Source of the DNA: Candidatus Bathyarchaeota archaeon
GTDB taxonomy: Archaea > Thermoproteota > Bathyarchaeia > Bathyarchaeales > Bathycorpusculaceae
Assembly (NCBI GenBank): GCA_963775685.1
Contig: CAVZJV010000014.1
Coordinates: 896,001-960,000, forward strand
DNA: 64,000 nucleotides
Direction: 5' to 3'
The position numbers were made by a program, and so were the translations under genes. Each line of letters starts with the position of its first letter. The stretch's first letter is position 1. The notes beneath the pieces are model-generated. The model was given only the letters and a program-made list of their open reading frames with translations. It had not been told where the DNA came from and did not search any database. This document shows positions 43,552-55,071 of this stretch, piece by piece.

Positions 43552-44168
43552 ACAGTTTAAAAAGGTAGCGTTATTTCTCTTGAATTAGGCGGTTGAATTT
43601 TATTAACAAAGAGTCTGATCGAGTGGATTTGAAAGAGGCTATTAAAAGGTAAAAATCATCATAAATCGCGGGAAGGGTAGAACAACTTTCCATTCTACGC
43701 TTAACACTTTATTTTCATAAACCATATTTCTAAGTTGTTTTATCTGGTTTGACGGAGTGATTCAGAAGATTTTCAAATGCCATTTATCTCCGTTAAACAT
43801 TGTAAATCATATCCATTAATTTTATGTCTTCTATTCAATATATCTAAAGTTCTGGATTGACTATTCTCATTCGCAGAATCCTAATTACTTTTTTTGCTAC
43901 AAGTTTATGATTTTTCGATTTATCCCAAAATTAGTGCACAAGATCTAGTTGGTTGTTGAAAAGCATAAATAATATCTCTTTTGAAGTTTTCTACGAGCTT
44001 TAAAGCATTCGTGTTCAGAGCCAAACATTTAGATCCCAGATACCTCTGAAAACTTTCACAGACAGCTGAAAATTAACTTTTAAACTTTTCTGCAGATTAG
44101 AAAACTATTGGTGCCTTAAAAAGAAAAAGTATTACTTGTACCCAAGGGTTTTATCAAAGCTAACAAAT

Positions 44169-45363
44169 TCAAGTAAGTTCCTTTAAAAACTTTTGAAAAT
44201 ATCTTAGCCAATATTTGTTCCCTTCCACTTGCATCTGCTGAGCAATAGAAGAACAACGAAGAAAAGGAAAAGCCAATAGCATGATAGGTAATTCGAGGAA
44301 TGAAATTGATTGCAGAATTTTGCCTCGTTGGTGTTTACGGAATGCAATTGGAGACGACAGAGTCGCGCTATAAGGAATCGCATATCCAAGAATGCCAACT
44401 ACCTGATAAAATTTAAGTCTTGACTGAATGTCAACTTTAGATTCTTGCAAATACTTTGAGAGAAAACGTTGAGCAATTGGTTCGGCAGAATCTGGATCGT
44501 GGGGGTTACTAAAGAATTTAATCATGTGGTAAGCATTGCCAACATCATAGGCTGGATCACCTATGTCGACGGCGTCCCAATCCAAAAGGGCAACTTGTGA
44601 ATCGCTGGTTAAAAGTGCATTTCCTGGATGTGGATCGCCATGAATCAAACTGTATTGGCCACAGTAATTTTTCGATGCATTTGACTCAAGCCAGTTTACA
44701 GCAAAATTAAAGTCTCTCTTAAATTCTGCTTTGTGCTTGGCCTCGATATTTAAAGCATGTTTGAAATGAATAGGCCATCGCCTCGCGAACGCATACCCAT
44801 CCCTTGGAGGTTTAAGATTATTAAGGTCCATTCTGTCAACTTCTAAATTGTGGAGTTGAGCTAATGATGAAGCGAACTGACAAATTTGTTCATCACCAGT
44901 TTTCTGTGCCTTTTGAAGCTCAGACATGATTATAAAAGGATAACCAAGAAACTGAGAGTCACACTCACAAACGTAAGGTTTTGGGGTTGGTAAACCCATG
45001 CGTTCAAGAATTTTTAACGTTTCCCCTTCTCTGGCACACATTCTGAGGTCACAGTCATGCTGATATGACGCGAAGATAAGGATTGATATTTTCCCGATAC
45101 ATTTTTAGAACAAGATTTATTCGTTTTTTTTCCGATCCTTTATTATAAACGAGTGAAAATGAATAAACATCATTGACAAGTCCTCCACCTAGCCTATTAG
45201 CGTTTGAAACCTTAATGCTATGACTATCAGCGATGAGCCAATCTATATTGAAGTTACGGTAGACTTCTCTGATGTATGATTCGAGTCTTCGTAGGTTCAA
45301 TGCTCTATTACGACGTATTGTAACATTATAGCGCAGATTTCTAATAATTCGTTTCAGAACCAA
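44169..45363 (-). CDS. APH/choline-kinase-like phosphotransferase (frameshift near 45078)
   Basis: GGGLVNDVY, VLKMY in the upstream ORF; HGDPHPGN, LLDWD, GDPAYD in the downstream ORF; removing one base joins them. Confidence 0.8.
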
Positions 45364-46099
45364 ATGCAGCTTTCTCCTTGTAGAACTCTTATGGGCATAA
45401 ATAGATTCCTTTACCCACAGTCGAAGCTGCTCTCTTTAACTTTATGTCGTTAAATCATAATTTTTTAATCTCAATTTAGGTTGGATTTTCATGAGTTTCA
45501 ATTTTTCTCTGACCTTGACCTCTATGTTCAATTCGAGCTTTGCCTTTTAGGATTGGTTCATCTCAAGGGTTAAAAGGTTACCTTATAAACTTACTCTTGA
45601 GTATGAAAGTATGAGAACCTGACGGAAAGTGTTTTTTATTTGTTTTTTCTTGACCTTGAAACTTTGAACCTTTCGAAATTCTTGCTATTATTTTGTTATT
45701 TGTCCCGAGACCCCTTTGAATTTTCTACTATTAAATCAACTATCAGTAACTTTCTCATCGCACGAAATGGATAGTGTGTTTCGATGATAAAGACAGACTG
45801 TAGGAGGAGATCCTTTTGGCTTCTGAGAAATCTCGTCTTTGTTTTCTTATTTAAAAGGATGATTTAAGGTAAAGTCTTAAACAGTTCTCAGTAACTACTA
45901 GTTTTCGCTGACAACTATGTTATTAAGTAGGTTTTCTGGCTTTTTTGTTTTATCAGTGAAATTTTGTTTAATTTAAATCTTTTATGCTTTGAAAGATTAT
46001 GTATTTGACTCTTTTTTAAAAAAAGACGGCGTTAATTGAAGGTGAGCCAATTAAAATTCTAAAAAGCAAGTTAGATTTAATCGATTGCTTTGAGCTAAT

Positions 46100-47725
46100 T
46101 TATCGATCAATGTTTGATAGTTTTTCTTTAGCTTTTAGTGTTTTTTCGATCACCGCAAATGGAATTTCCAGTAGCTTTAAGATCGGCGCTATTCCGGAAA
46201 ACATAAGTCGAAGATTACTCATGTCCCATCGATTTATAGCTCCTACTAAAGGAAGGGAAATTAGATAAATAATTAAAAAGAGTAATACACCGACTGATAA
46301 CATGATCCACGATGCAGTTGAAAATGCATGCAAGAATAGATAAGCGGCTAAACCTGCGATTGCTGAAGCAAAAAATATTCTTGCCGAGCTTCGAAAATCT
46401 CCTTTCGTTTCATACTTCTTCCATGTCCAATAGATTCCGAGGACTGTACTGACACCTCCAACAAAGGTTCCAACCAATATGACTCCAGGAATTCCAAGCG
46501 GGGGAATGACTAAAAAAGCAAGAGGGACGCCTATACAAAGCGCCAGAACGTTTAATTTTAAGAGCATTTTTGATTCCCCCATTGCATAAAGAAGTCTGTT
46601 GTAGCTCAGGCTTCCCAAAAGCACGACTAGGTTACCAGCGACATACAAAGTTAAAAAGAAAGGCGCAGAAAGCCATTTTTGCCCGTATATAGTGCCAACC
46701 ATTGGAACTGACAAGACCATTATTGCCACAACTACTGGAACCAAAAACAATGATGAATATTTAATGGAGGAGGCAAAAATAGTTTTTAAGAGCTCCTTGT
46801 CCTTCGACGGATTAAGCTTTGAGAAAGCAGGAAACAAGACTGTCTGAAGGGGATAAATAAAGAAAGAAAGTAAAATGGCAAAATTCACTGCAATACTGTA
46901 ATTACCAATCATAGTTACGTCAACAGATGATGCCATCACAAAACTATATACTTGAGCAGAAATCCCTCCTATGAGGGTAGCTATTGAGAGAGGGACCCCA
47001 TAGCTAAGCAAAGATTTTAACGTTTGAACCATTTTCTCCTTGTTCACGCTTCCCAAAGGAAGCTTCCGAAATATGACAAAATAAAGCAGTAATATACCAC
47101 TGATTCCTGAAGCAATCGATGCAGATGTAAAACCTACTACCGCTCCGAAGGCTCCAAACCCTAGATATACCAGTAGAGGAGACAACAACCCTTGAATTAT
47201 TGAAGAAACAATCATCGTGATAGTGCACAAACCCATTCTTTCGAAACCAACAAAAATTGAAAGAGAAGCGGCATAAACAGCTGTAGATATAATTGAGATA
47301 GAGGAAAGACTTATCAAAAACGATGATTCTGGATTGTTGAAAATTGCTGAGGCTATCAAATTAGCCATTATCAACAAGAGCAATGCCAAAACCAGTCCAG
47401 TCATAACTTCAAATATAAAGCCCGAAACAATAACACTCCGCAGTTCACTCTGCTTTTGTGATGCCCTATAATTTGCACAGTATTTTGTTAAAGCAGATCC
47501 TACGCCCCAGTCTTGGAATAGAAGAAACGTCGCCGCAGGAACCAAGGCAATAGTGTATATTCCGTAATCCCCTTCATTGATATACAGTCCAACAATTATT
47601 GCGCCAATGGCTAGCATAAGCGCAGAAGCTATTCGTCCAATAAACAATTGGAAAGTTCCAGTAGCTGAGGCTTTGCCCATATCCATTGCCTTATCCAAAG
47701 CATTTTCTCTCCTATTTTTAACCAA
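46100..47725 (-). CDS. Oligosaccharide flippase (Wzx/MOP family)
   Basis: About 14 TM segments; YGIYT, YGVPL, IGNYSIA, LFPAFSKL, IYGQKW. Confidence 0.88.
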   Translation of the reverse strand: MVKNRRENALDKAMDMGKASATGTFQLFIGRIASALMLAIGAIIVGLYINEGDYGIYTIALVPAATFLLFQDWGVGSALTKYCANYRASQKQSELRSVIVSGFIFEVMTGLVLALLLLIMANLIASAIFNNPESSFLISLSSISIISTAVYAASLSIFVGFERMGLCTITMIVSSIIQGLLSPLLVYLGFGAFGAVVGFTSASIASGISGILLLYFVIFRKLPLGSVNKEKMVQTLKSLLSYGVPLSIATLIGGISAQVYSFVMASSVDVTMIGNYSIAVNFAILLSFFIYPLQTVLFPAFSKLNPSKDKELLKTIFASSIKYSSLFLVPVVVAIMVLSVPMVGTIYGQKWLSAPFFLTLYVAGNLVVLLGSLSYNRLLYAMGESKMLLKLNVLALCIGVPLAFLVIPPLGIPGVILVGTFVGGVSTVLGIYWTWKKYETKGDFRSSARIFFASAIAGLAAYLFLHAFSTASWIMLSVGVLLFLIIYLISLPLVGAINRWDMSNLRLMFSGIAPILKLLEIPFAVIEKTLKAKEKLSNIDR

Positions 47726-48045
47726 TTAGGGATTGCAAGTTAGATAAACCATTTACTATTAAATTAAACGCCATGAATTTCTAGTTTCATTGATTCAGAC
47801 TGCTAAAATAATTCCAAGATCCATTGAACTATCAAAAAATACTTACTTGACCAATTTTCACAGTCAACCACAAAATTCCGCCAGTCTACCCTCATTAGCA
47901 AATTCCATTGATTTACTTTATCTACTCTTAATTTCAACTTTAAACCTTTCGTCAAAAAAATATTTAAAAAACTGACAACATTAGTTGAAACCGAAATCAT
48001 TTTATGCTGATTAGAAACTTTACTATTGGACGCTAGCTGTTTACT

Positions 48046-49038
48046 ATGATAGAGCAAAATACTCAACTAAAAGTTAATATTAATCAGTTAACGCCCCAAT
48101 TTTCAAAAGACCTCAGAAAACACACTTTTTTTGCTGGTGCTGACATATTAAATCAAGGATTATTTTACAATGTTCTTCAATCTATCAAGTTTTCACCCCA
48201 TGTGACAAGACTTGTCGCCTATGACACAGAAAAGAAAAAAGCTGTTGGTTTCATCAGTCTTGAGGAAAACACTAACACACTATATTCGATAAAATATGTC
48301 TTTGTAGATCCAGAATATCGAAAAGCAGGGATCGCCAGCAGACTTTTAAACACAGCTTTTGCTGTAGCAAAGACAAAAGGAGCAACTAAGGTAAATCTTA
48401 ACGTTTATATAACTTCAACTAACGCAATAGCGCTATACAAAAAACTGGGCTTTCGAGAGATTGGTTACACCATATTGGGACAAGGATACCCCTCAAATTT
48501 TAAACCTAATAAAACAATTAAGCGATTCATAATTGGTCAAGGAAAACTGTCATATCTTGGAATCGAAAAAGAAAGTCGACTGTTTCAAATCCAAGATAAC
48601 CTAAAAAACAGAAAAAAACTTTTTGAAATTTATAAACGTTGCATACAGCAACAATGGATAGATTTTTTTGAAGTTAAACCTGACACCATAATTAATGGCT
48701 CCAGACAGGTCTGGCAGCCATCATTTTTTAGGAACATATTAATCAATGATTTAGGCAATTCATTCGCCTTCATTTTTAATCGACCCTTCTCTAATAAGGC
48801 CACGGTGGAGTTGTACAGCACCTCTGCTGCCTTTGTTCCTTCAGTCCTTGAGGACATACTAAGAATTTTGTCCAATAGAGGAATTCCGTTTGCACAAATT
48901 TGGCTATTTCACCCAAACACCGAAGTGGCATTCAATTGGTTCGAAAAAAAAGGATTTAAGATATTCCAATTTGTAGGAATGGGAAAAACCCTCATAGAAA
49001 ACCCTTTAGAAGAAATGGATCATAAATCACTAATCTAA
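48046..49038 (+). CDS. GNAT acetyltransferase with C-terminal extension
   Basis: VFVDPEYRKAGIASRLL...NAIALYKKLGF. Confidence 0.85.
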   Translation: MIEQNTQLKVNINQLTPQFSKDLRKHTFFAGADILNQGLFYNVLQSIKFSPHVTRLVAYDTEKKKAVGFISLEENTNTLYSIKYVFVDPEYRKAGIASRLLNTAFAVAKTKGATKVNLNVYITSTNAIALYKKLGFREIGYTILGQGYPSNFKPNKTIKRFIIGQGKLSYLGIEKESRLFQIQDNLKNRKKLFEIYKRCIQQQWIDFFEVKPDTIINGSRQVWQPSFFRNILINDLGNSFAFIFNRPFSNKATVELYSTSAAFVPSVLEDILRILSNRGIPFAQIWLFHPNTEVAFNWFEKKGFKIFQFVGMGKTLIENPLEEMDHKSLI

Positions 49039-49098
49039 TATTTTTAACAATTTGATTAAAAAGCGTTGATTTTATAAATTCTTTGTAAAGAAATTAAG

Positions 49099-49530
49099 CT
49101 ACTTTTTCATTCGGCTTTCTTTAATAGCACCTGCGGTTGCCAGAATTATTGTAAAAGCAAGCAAACTAAAAACTATTGGAGTTAAATCAAGTCCAAATGG
49201 AGTATAGTACAAAATAAGACCAAGTATTGAAACTATTGCAATACTTAATCCTATACTGAAGGCAATTCGAACTATTACTTCAAGGCTTTCCATACCTTCA
49301 GCGGATAATTTATTTGGAAAAACTACTTTGGTGAAAGCGTATCCAGGAAGGAAAAAAACGAAAATAATTCCCAGGACATTTCTTAGAAAGGCCCATGGGT
49401 AAATATTATTTGGGATTAAATAGACTATAGTTGCAGTTGTCACGCCAATCAAGATTATTGCCCAATACCATAAAGCTCTAGCTGAGGATAGGTATGTTTC
49501 GAAGCGCCCTGAATTATTAGTGATGTTCAA
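49099..49530 (-). CDS. DUF1616-like membrane protein
   Basis: LRNVLGIIFVFFLPGYA...RIAFSIGLSIAIV...GLILYYTPFGL. Confidence 0.75.
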   Translation of the reverse strand: MNITNNSGRFETYLSSARALWYWAIILIGVTTATIVYLIPNNIYPWAFLRNVLGIIFVFFLPGYAFTKVVFPNKLSAEGMESLEVIVRIAFSIGLSIAIVSILGLILYYTPFGLDLTPIVFSLLAFTIILATAGAIKESRMKK

Positions 49531-49747
49531 TTTTATTTTGCCTTCTCATATAGAAGTTTTTGAAACATTACTAAGTATTTCTTAGAAATCAAGACTCATT
49601 ATTGAATGCCCGAGTTAGCACATTTGCAAATGAGAGTCTTTTGGGTTATAATTTTCATTTTATATAAAAAGTGTGATGCAGAGAAAAGAAGAGAAGAAAA
49701 AATTCAAAATAAAAAAAGGTCTTTGGAGAAGGTTTCGAATTTACAAA

Positions 49748-50839
49748 CTAGGAACATTTCCGAACCTTCCTGAATACGTACCCATATTCGATTTTAGCTT
49801 TTCCATCGAGAATTAATTCGACTTTGGGTTTGAAATTAATCTTCCAAAACTCGCATTTGTAACAAGGTGAGCCAACTGGAAAAGTGTTTGTCACAATTGC
49901 TTTTCTAAAAGCTCTGAACTTTGAACCGTCCCATATTTCTTTTATTGGTTTTTGCATCGCATTCCCAAGATCCATTTTAAAGACATAATCCAAACAACAA
50001 CCTGTAACTTTTCCATCCCAGCTAACGATTATTGTATCGAATCCGAAGTGACAAAATGATGGAGGTGGAATCGTTCGAATATTTTGGGAAACAAGTTCTT
50101 TATTTTCCCATCTATTGTCAGGTAGAATGGAAGGAATAATGTCTATCCCATCAACAGAATCAAACCATTCTCGATATATCTCTAATTTTTGCTCATCCGT
50201 TTTCCCGTAATCTACCATATTCAATAAAACTACGGGTTTCTTTTCGTTTCCACGTTTTTTAATTAAATATTTGATGTTCTTTTCTATCACTGAATATTTA
50301 GATCCTACACGAATCTCGTCATTTATCGGCCCCACCCCATCAACGCTAAAATTGATGAAATCTAATTTCAGTTTAACAACTAAATCAGCGACGCTTTCAT
50401 TAAAAAGCATCCCGTTCTCTGTCCAACCTACGCTCCCTATTCCGCCTTCATCTCGCTTCTTAATTGCGTAAGTCAAAAATTTTTTGAATTCGGGGTGTAC
50501 TAGACTTTCTCCTCCGAAATGCAAACATAAAACACTAACGCCTATTTCAGAGAGTTGATTGAGGCAACTTTCAAAAAATGACGAGGACATAAATCCAGTT
50601 TCTCCTTGAGCTGATTGGTAGCTGCACATTTTGCACCGCAAATTGCATTTATTAGTCAACTCCAAATACGCTGTTTGAATTTTCGGATGATGCAATCGTT
50701 GAAGATAACTGCTCTTATATATAATTGGAAGAAAACTGTTTTGGCAAACTCTAGTTGAAGCTACAAACAACCCCTTTATACCTGTATTAGAATAGGTCGC
50801 CGAAATTTTTCTTGTCAGATTTCTAATATTTGGACTTAT
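49748..50839 (-). CDS. Radical SAM/SPASM protein, paralog B (apparent ATA start)
   Basis: CNLRCKMC, GGES, C...CC...C..C SPASM cysteines; N-terminus extended to 50839 by alignment with paralog A. Confidence 0.85.
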   Translation of the reverse strand: MSPNIRNLTRKISATYSNTGIKGLFVASTRVCQNSFLPIIYKSSYLQRLHHPKIQTAYLELTNKCNLRCKMCSYQSAQGETGFMSSSFFESCLNQLSEIGVSVLCLHFGGESLVHPEFKKFLTYAIKKRDEGGIGSVGWTENGMLFNESVADLVVKLKLDFINFSVDGVGPINDEIRVGSKYSVIEKNIKYLIKKRGNEKKPVVLLNMVDYGKTDEQKLEIYREWFDSVDGIDIIPSILPDNRWENKELVSQNIRTIPPPSFCHFGFDTIIVSWDGKVTGCCLDYVFKMDLGNAMQKPIKEIWDGSKFRAFRKAIVTNTFPVGSPCYKCEFWKINFKPKVELILDGKAKIEYGYVFRKVRKCS

Positions 50840-51170
50840 TGCTTACACCTTTCCGAATCTCAATAATTTGTAACATTACTTAAGTTTTGGTCTGTATAAA
50901 TGGACAAAGTTTTATTTCCATAAGCTAAAGATGTGCGCGCTAATATAAAGAGCAAACTGGTCGGTCACAACCAATTAAGTAACCCAAAAGTTAAATTTTT
51001 GTAACAAATATGTACATATATATAATTGATATGAAAAAACTGTCTTATTCATCTAATAACTTTTATCAATTTTTATCTTGCGTCACAATCGTTGATAAGG
51101 TTTCTTCCTTTTTTTGTGACTTTAAGTTTACTTAGTCTTGCTTGCACCGCAATTTGTATTATGTTACTAT

Positions 51171-52259
51171 TTATGTTACCTTTCTAATCCTTCGGTAGAT
51201 GTAACCATATTCTATCATCGCTTTTCCGTCAAGGATTAGCTCTTTTCTGGGTTCAAAATTTACTTGCCAAAACCTGCACCCGTGGCAAGGTGAGACATCA
51301 GGAATTGTATTTGTCAAAACTGCTTTACGAAGATTCTTAAACTTTGAACCGGTCCATATTTGTAATATAGACTCTTTGTTGGCATTTCCAAGGACCGTTT
51401 TAAAACGACTATCAAAGCAACAGTAAGTAACTTTTCCATCCCAAGAAATTATCATCATGTTTAAAGGGATATTGCAAAACGTCGGAGGAGGGACAGTTTT
51501 TAGACTCTTAGAAAAGATTTCTTCATTTTCCCAAGTATTGTCTGGGAGAATACAAGGTATCAACTCTATTTCGTCGACCAAAGAAACCCACTTATTGTAG
51601 AAGTCTAACTTTTGAGCTTCACTCTTATCGTGATCAACCATATTTAAAAGAACGGCAGGTTTCTTTCTGGACCCTCGTTTCTTTAGAAGGTACTTAATAT
51701 TTTTTTCAATTACAGAATATTTTGAGCCTAACCGTATTTTATCGTTTACTTCGCCTAAGCCATCAAGGCTGAAATTAACCCAATCGACCTGGAGAGAGAC
51801 AACTAAGTCTGAGACAGTTTCATCAAAAAGCATCCCATTGTCAGTCCAACCTACACAACCAATTTTGCCATTGTCGCGTTTTTCAATTGCATATCTCAGC
51901 AAATCTTTGAAGTCTGGGTGGAGAAGACTTTCGCCTCCAAATTGTAAATTAAGAACCTTTAACCTCATTTCGGAAAATTGGTCAATACAGCTTTCAAACA
52001 ATGATCTTGAAATATATCCCTTTTTTTCTCTGGATTGCCAGTTACACATTTCACATCTTAGGTTGCATTTATTTGTGATTTCCAAATAGACTGTTTCGAG
52101 GTCCGGGTGATGCATATTTCGGAGAAGGGTGTTCGAGTAAATGGCAGGAAGACTAGCATACTCGACCTTGTTCATTATATCACTACAAAGACCTGTAAAA
52201 CCCTTTTTTTCATAAACAATGGCCGCAGTCTTGATATATTTTTGAAGCTTGTTACTCAT
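51171..52259 (-). CDS. Radical SAM/SPASM protein, paralog A
   Basis: CNLRCEMC, GGES, CNIP...YCCFD...CHGC; GGTGG RBS before MSNKLQ. Confidence 0.88.
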   Translation of the reverse strand: MSNKLQKYIKTAAIVYEKKGFTGLCSDIMNKVEYASLPAIYSNTLLRNMHHPDLETVYLEITNKCNLRCEMCNWQSREKKGYISRSLFESCIDQFSEMRLKVLNLQFGGESLLHPDFKDLLRYAIEKRDNGKIGCVGWTDNGMLFDETVSDLVVSLQVDWVNFSLDGLGEVNDKIRLGSKYSVIEKNIKYLLKKRGSRKKPAVLLNMVDHDKSEAQKLDFYNKWVSLVDEIELIPCILPDNTWENEEIFSKSLKTVPPPTFCNIPLNMMIISWDGKVTYCCFDSRFKTVLGNANKESILQIWTGSKFKNLRKAVLTNTIPDVSPCHGCRFWQVNFEPRKELILDGKAMIEYGYIYRRIRKVT

Positions 52260-52445
52260 TGGTTTCGCCACCTTTGTTAAACAAGATATCACATAAACTC
52301 TTATTTATTTAAACTATATTACGATTACCGAAATATCATTTATGAAATTCTCCATCATGCTCACTAGCGCAACAACTCATAAAAGTCTCAAAAATTTAAA
52401 AGATTATTCAAGTATTTTCTTATAAAAAAGTTACCCGATACAACT

Positions 52446-53810
52446 TTAGGAAGATTTGATAATTATTTGACTTAAACAATCCAACAGTTTCTGCCGCCTT
52501 TCCTCTGCTAAAGAAATAACAACTTTTCGATTCTCTGCGCCCATTTCCGATAGACGCATTCTTCCAAGCTCCAATAATTGCCCTAGCTTTCCCGCCAAAT
52601 CGTAAGCGTCAACATAGGTATACTCATGTGGGAACAAGTCGCCTCTAACTCCAAAATTATCAGAAACGACCACAAGTCCAGCTTCGGCATAATCATACTT
52701 TCGTTCATTTGTTCCAGCTTTATGAATACCTAAATTTACACCTATCCATGATTTGCTAAGAAGCTTCAGGTAATCTAATTTGCTTGGAAGGAAATCCCAG
52801 TATTCTAAACACACATTCTTCGGGGTTTTTTTCGGCAGTATTCCTATCATATAAACTTTAACCTGCCTCTTAATACACGCTAAAGCATCGAAAATTTCCT
52901 CTAAAGAAGCTTCAGCTGCAGACCCCCAATGCCCTCTCAAGACTATAGTAATGCTGGGCTGTTCATCTTTCTTAAGTAGTTCAAATTCCTTTGTGGGATA
53001 AGTGTTCGGGTAGTAAATTGCATTTTTAGCACCCATTTCTAAGTATTTGAGCCGCTCCATTTCGCTACAAGCCAGTGTTAAATCAACATAACGAAGGGCG
53101 TCTTTCTCTAGCCTCAACATTAATGTTTTTGTCATTATATTGTCTCCAAATCCAAATCGATTGTGTGCCACATCACTAGATACATAAATAACTGATCCGA
53201 GAAGCCTGAGCTTTTTGAGATCGAAAAAATTTAGGCTAACAAACTCGTCAACAAGAAATATCTTTGGCGACACCATGTTCTTCAAAAAGTTCATTACATT
53301 GATATTTTGAGCTGAAGAACCAAGATGTAGATATAGAGTTCGAGAAAGTATCGATAATAAACCTTCACCAATAAGCACATTCTTTCTCTTCACAAGCGAT
53401 AAACGGGCCATTAACCCATTGCGAATATCTTTAGGGCTTTTAAATAACATAAGCAAATAGTATAAAAAAATCCCATATTTAGAGGAGGCTAATTGAACCT
53501 TATTATGACCCCATTCTTCAGAAAAGCTTGCATTTTCTGGTTTAAAAATGTAAAAAATCTCGATATTGAAGTTTTGACAAAGTTGGACTAGGAATTTTGT
53601 CTTCGACGAGAGTTTTTCTCCGTTTCTAATTATGATTAACATAGATTTTAGCCTCAAACAACTGGCTTTTTCCAAAATGACGAAAAGCTCGAGTCTTAAT
53701 TCGCCACAGTAACAAAAAGCACAAATCTTCATGTCTGCGAATGATGAGAAGACAAATAAGGTCACATTTCTAATATAGTCTGAAATATTACTTAAAATAA
53801 CAGCTCTCAT
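52446..53810 (-). CDS. Divergent GT-B glycosyltransferase-like protein (start uncertain)
   Basis: LACSEME, YYPN, DFLPSK, ERKYDYAEAGLVVVS, EMGAENRK resemble a GT4 C-terminal domain. Confidence 0.55.
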   Translation of the reverse strand: MRAVILSNISDYIRNVTLFVFSSFADMKICAFCYCGELRLELFVILEKASCLRLKSMLIIIRNGEKLSSKTKFLVQLCQNFNIEIFYIFKPENASFSEEWGHNKVQLASSKYGIFLYYLLMLFKSPKDIRNGLMARLSLVKRKNVLIGEGLLSILSRTLYLHLGSSAQNINVMNFLKNMVSPKIFLVDEFVSLNFFDLKKLRLLGSVIYVSSDVAHNRFGFGDNIMTKTLMLRLEKDALRYVDLTLACSEMERLKYLEMGAKNAIYYPNTYPTKEFELLKKDEQPSITIVLRGHWGSAAEASLEEIFDALACIKRQVKVYMIGILPKKTPKNVCLEYWDFLPSKLDYLKLLSKSWIGVNLGIHKAGTNERKYDYAEAGLVVVSDNFGVRGDLFPHEYTYVDAYDLAGKLGQLLELGRMRLSEMGAENRKVVISLAEERRQKLLDCLSQIIIKSS

Positions 53811-53972
53811 TATCTTAATCGATTTATAATTTTGGATTTCTAAACTTTAACAATATTTTCCGCAGGTATGCTAAAATGCAATTTGCTCATTTATTCAAAT
53901 AAAATTGTAGGAAGAATTCGATAGGCATTAACTTCTCTAAAGGAACTTGAAACTCGAACAATAGTTGAGCTT

Positions 53973-54965
53973 TTATGGGAGAAACTTGCCTTTTAAGTTT
54001 GAGGGGATTTTTCGAATTAGTTTGTTTGCAAGTCTTGAATGCTGTAGTAAGAAAAGCATCAGATCCTTAACCATAAACTTAGAGCCCTCGTCCATGAACC
54101 ATCCTAGTATTTGGCTGTAACACAATAGGCGTTCTGAAGCTGGAAGCGTAACGCGATTTACTGACTTGAAATATTCAATGCAATTTTTCCAATGTGGGAA
54201 ATAACTTCCACTGTCCTTAGACCACCAAGCAGCTTCCTCTAGTAGGCGGTCTAATGTATCTTCTCGATTGCTACCGTAAAATCTTGAGGTATAAGAATCA
54301 GGGTGGTCTCGCCAGTAAAATAGACATTCGGGAATTTCATAAATTCTACCCATGAGACCTAGTTCAGCTACAAGATTCCTGTCGGCTCCAACATAGCTTC
54401 CATGAAGTTGACTCTGTGCAAAAAAACTCGCTCGGTAAACAGCATGAAATGGAGTCGTGATATAGTATAAGCCAATCAAGTCTCGAAAACGTTCATGTGC
54501 TTTTGGGGAATTAATATGATACAAATAATTTTTGTTATGATAACCAAGAAAATTCCCATCTTTGTCAATTCGAGCAGTTTTACTATGGCATCCGACAATT
54601 TCAGCATCTTTTTCAAGAGCACTAACACATTTCCTTAAATATTCGGGATGGAGAACGTCATCATAAGCGGCCCATTTAAAGTATTTACTATTGGATAATT
54701 CAAAGGTCTTGTTGTAATTTTTTGGAGCGCCAACATTTTTTTGGTTACGATAATACCGTATGCGTTGATCTTTTGAAGCGTAATCTAGGCATATTTGTTG
54801 GGTACGATCAGTAGATGCGTTATCAGAAATAATGAGCTCGAAATTGGTAAAAGTCTGGTTTAGAACAGATTTTACCGCTTCCGCGACATATTTTTCGCCA
54901 TTAAAGACAGGCATCCCAATGCTAACGAGAGGTTTATCAGTACCTAACTTTTGACTGCAGTTCAT
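53973..54965 (-). CDS. GT2 glycosyltransferase
   Basis: PLVSIGMPVFNGE, ISDNASTD, KWAAYDD. Confidence 0.92.
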   Translation of the reverse strand: MNCSQKLGTDKPLVSIGMPVFNGEKYVAEAVKSVLNQTFTNFELIISDNASTDRTQQICLDYASKDQRIRYYRNQKNVGAPKNYNKTFELSNSKYFKWAAYDDVLHPEYLRKCVSALEKDAEIVGCHSKTARIDKDGNFLGYHNKNYLYHINSPKAHERFRDLIGLYYITTPFHAVYRASFFAQSQLHGSYVGADRNLVAELGLMGRIYEIPECLFYWRDHPDSYTSRFYGSNREDTLDRLLEEAAWWSKDSGSYFPHWKNCIEYFKSVNRVTLPASERLLCYSQILGWFMDEGSKFMVKDLMLFLLQHSRLANKLIRKIPSNLKGKFLP

Positions 54966-55071
54966 ATTGCGTTCTCTAAACAAATTGTTGCTTCCGCCCC
55001 TATCACAAATCAGTAGTTTTGTAATTTAAAATAAGTTGTAATTATGAAATTGTTATTTTGTAGAATCTTGG

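Noticed and set aside
45500-45660. Short direct repeat TTTTTCT(C)TGACCTTGA in a long intergenic gap
   Set aside because: Two copies of low-complexity sequence with no array or terminal-repeat structure.
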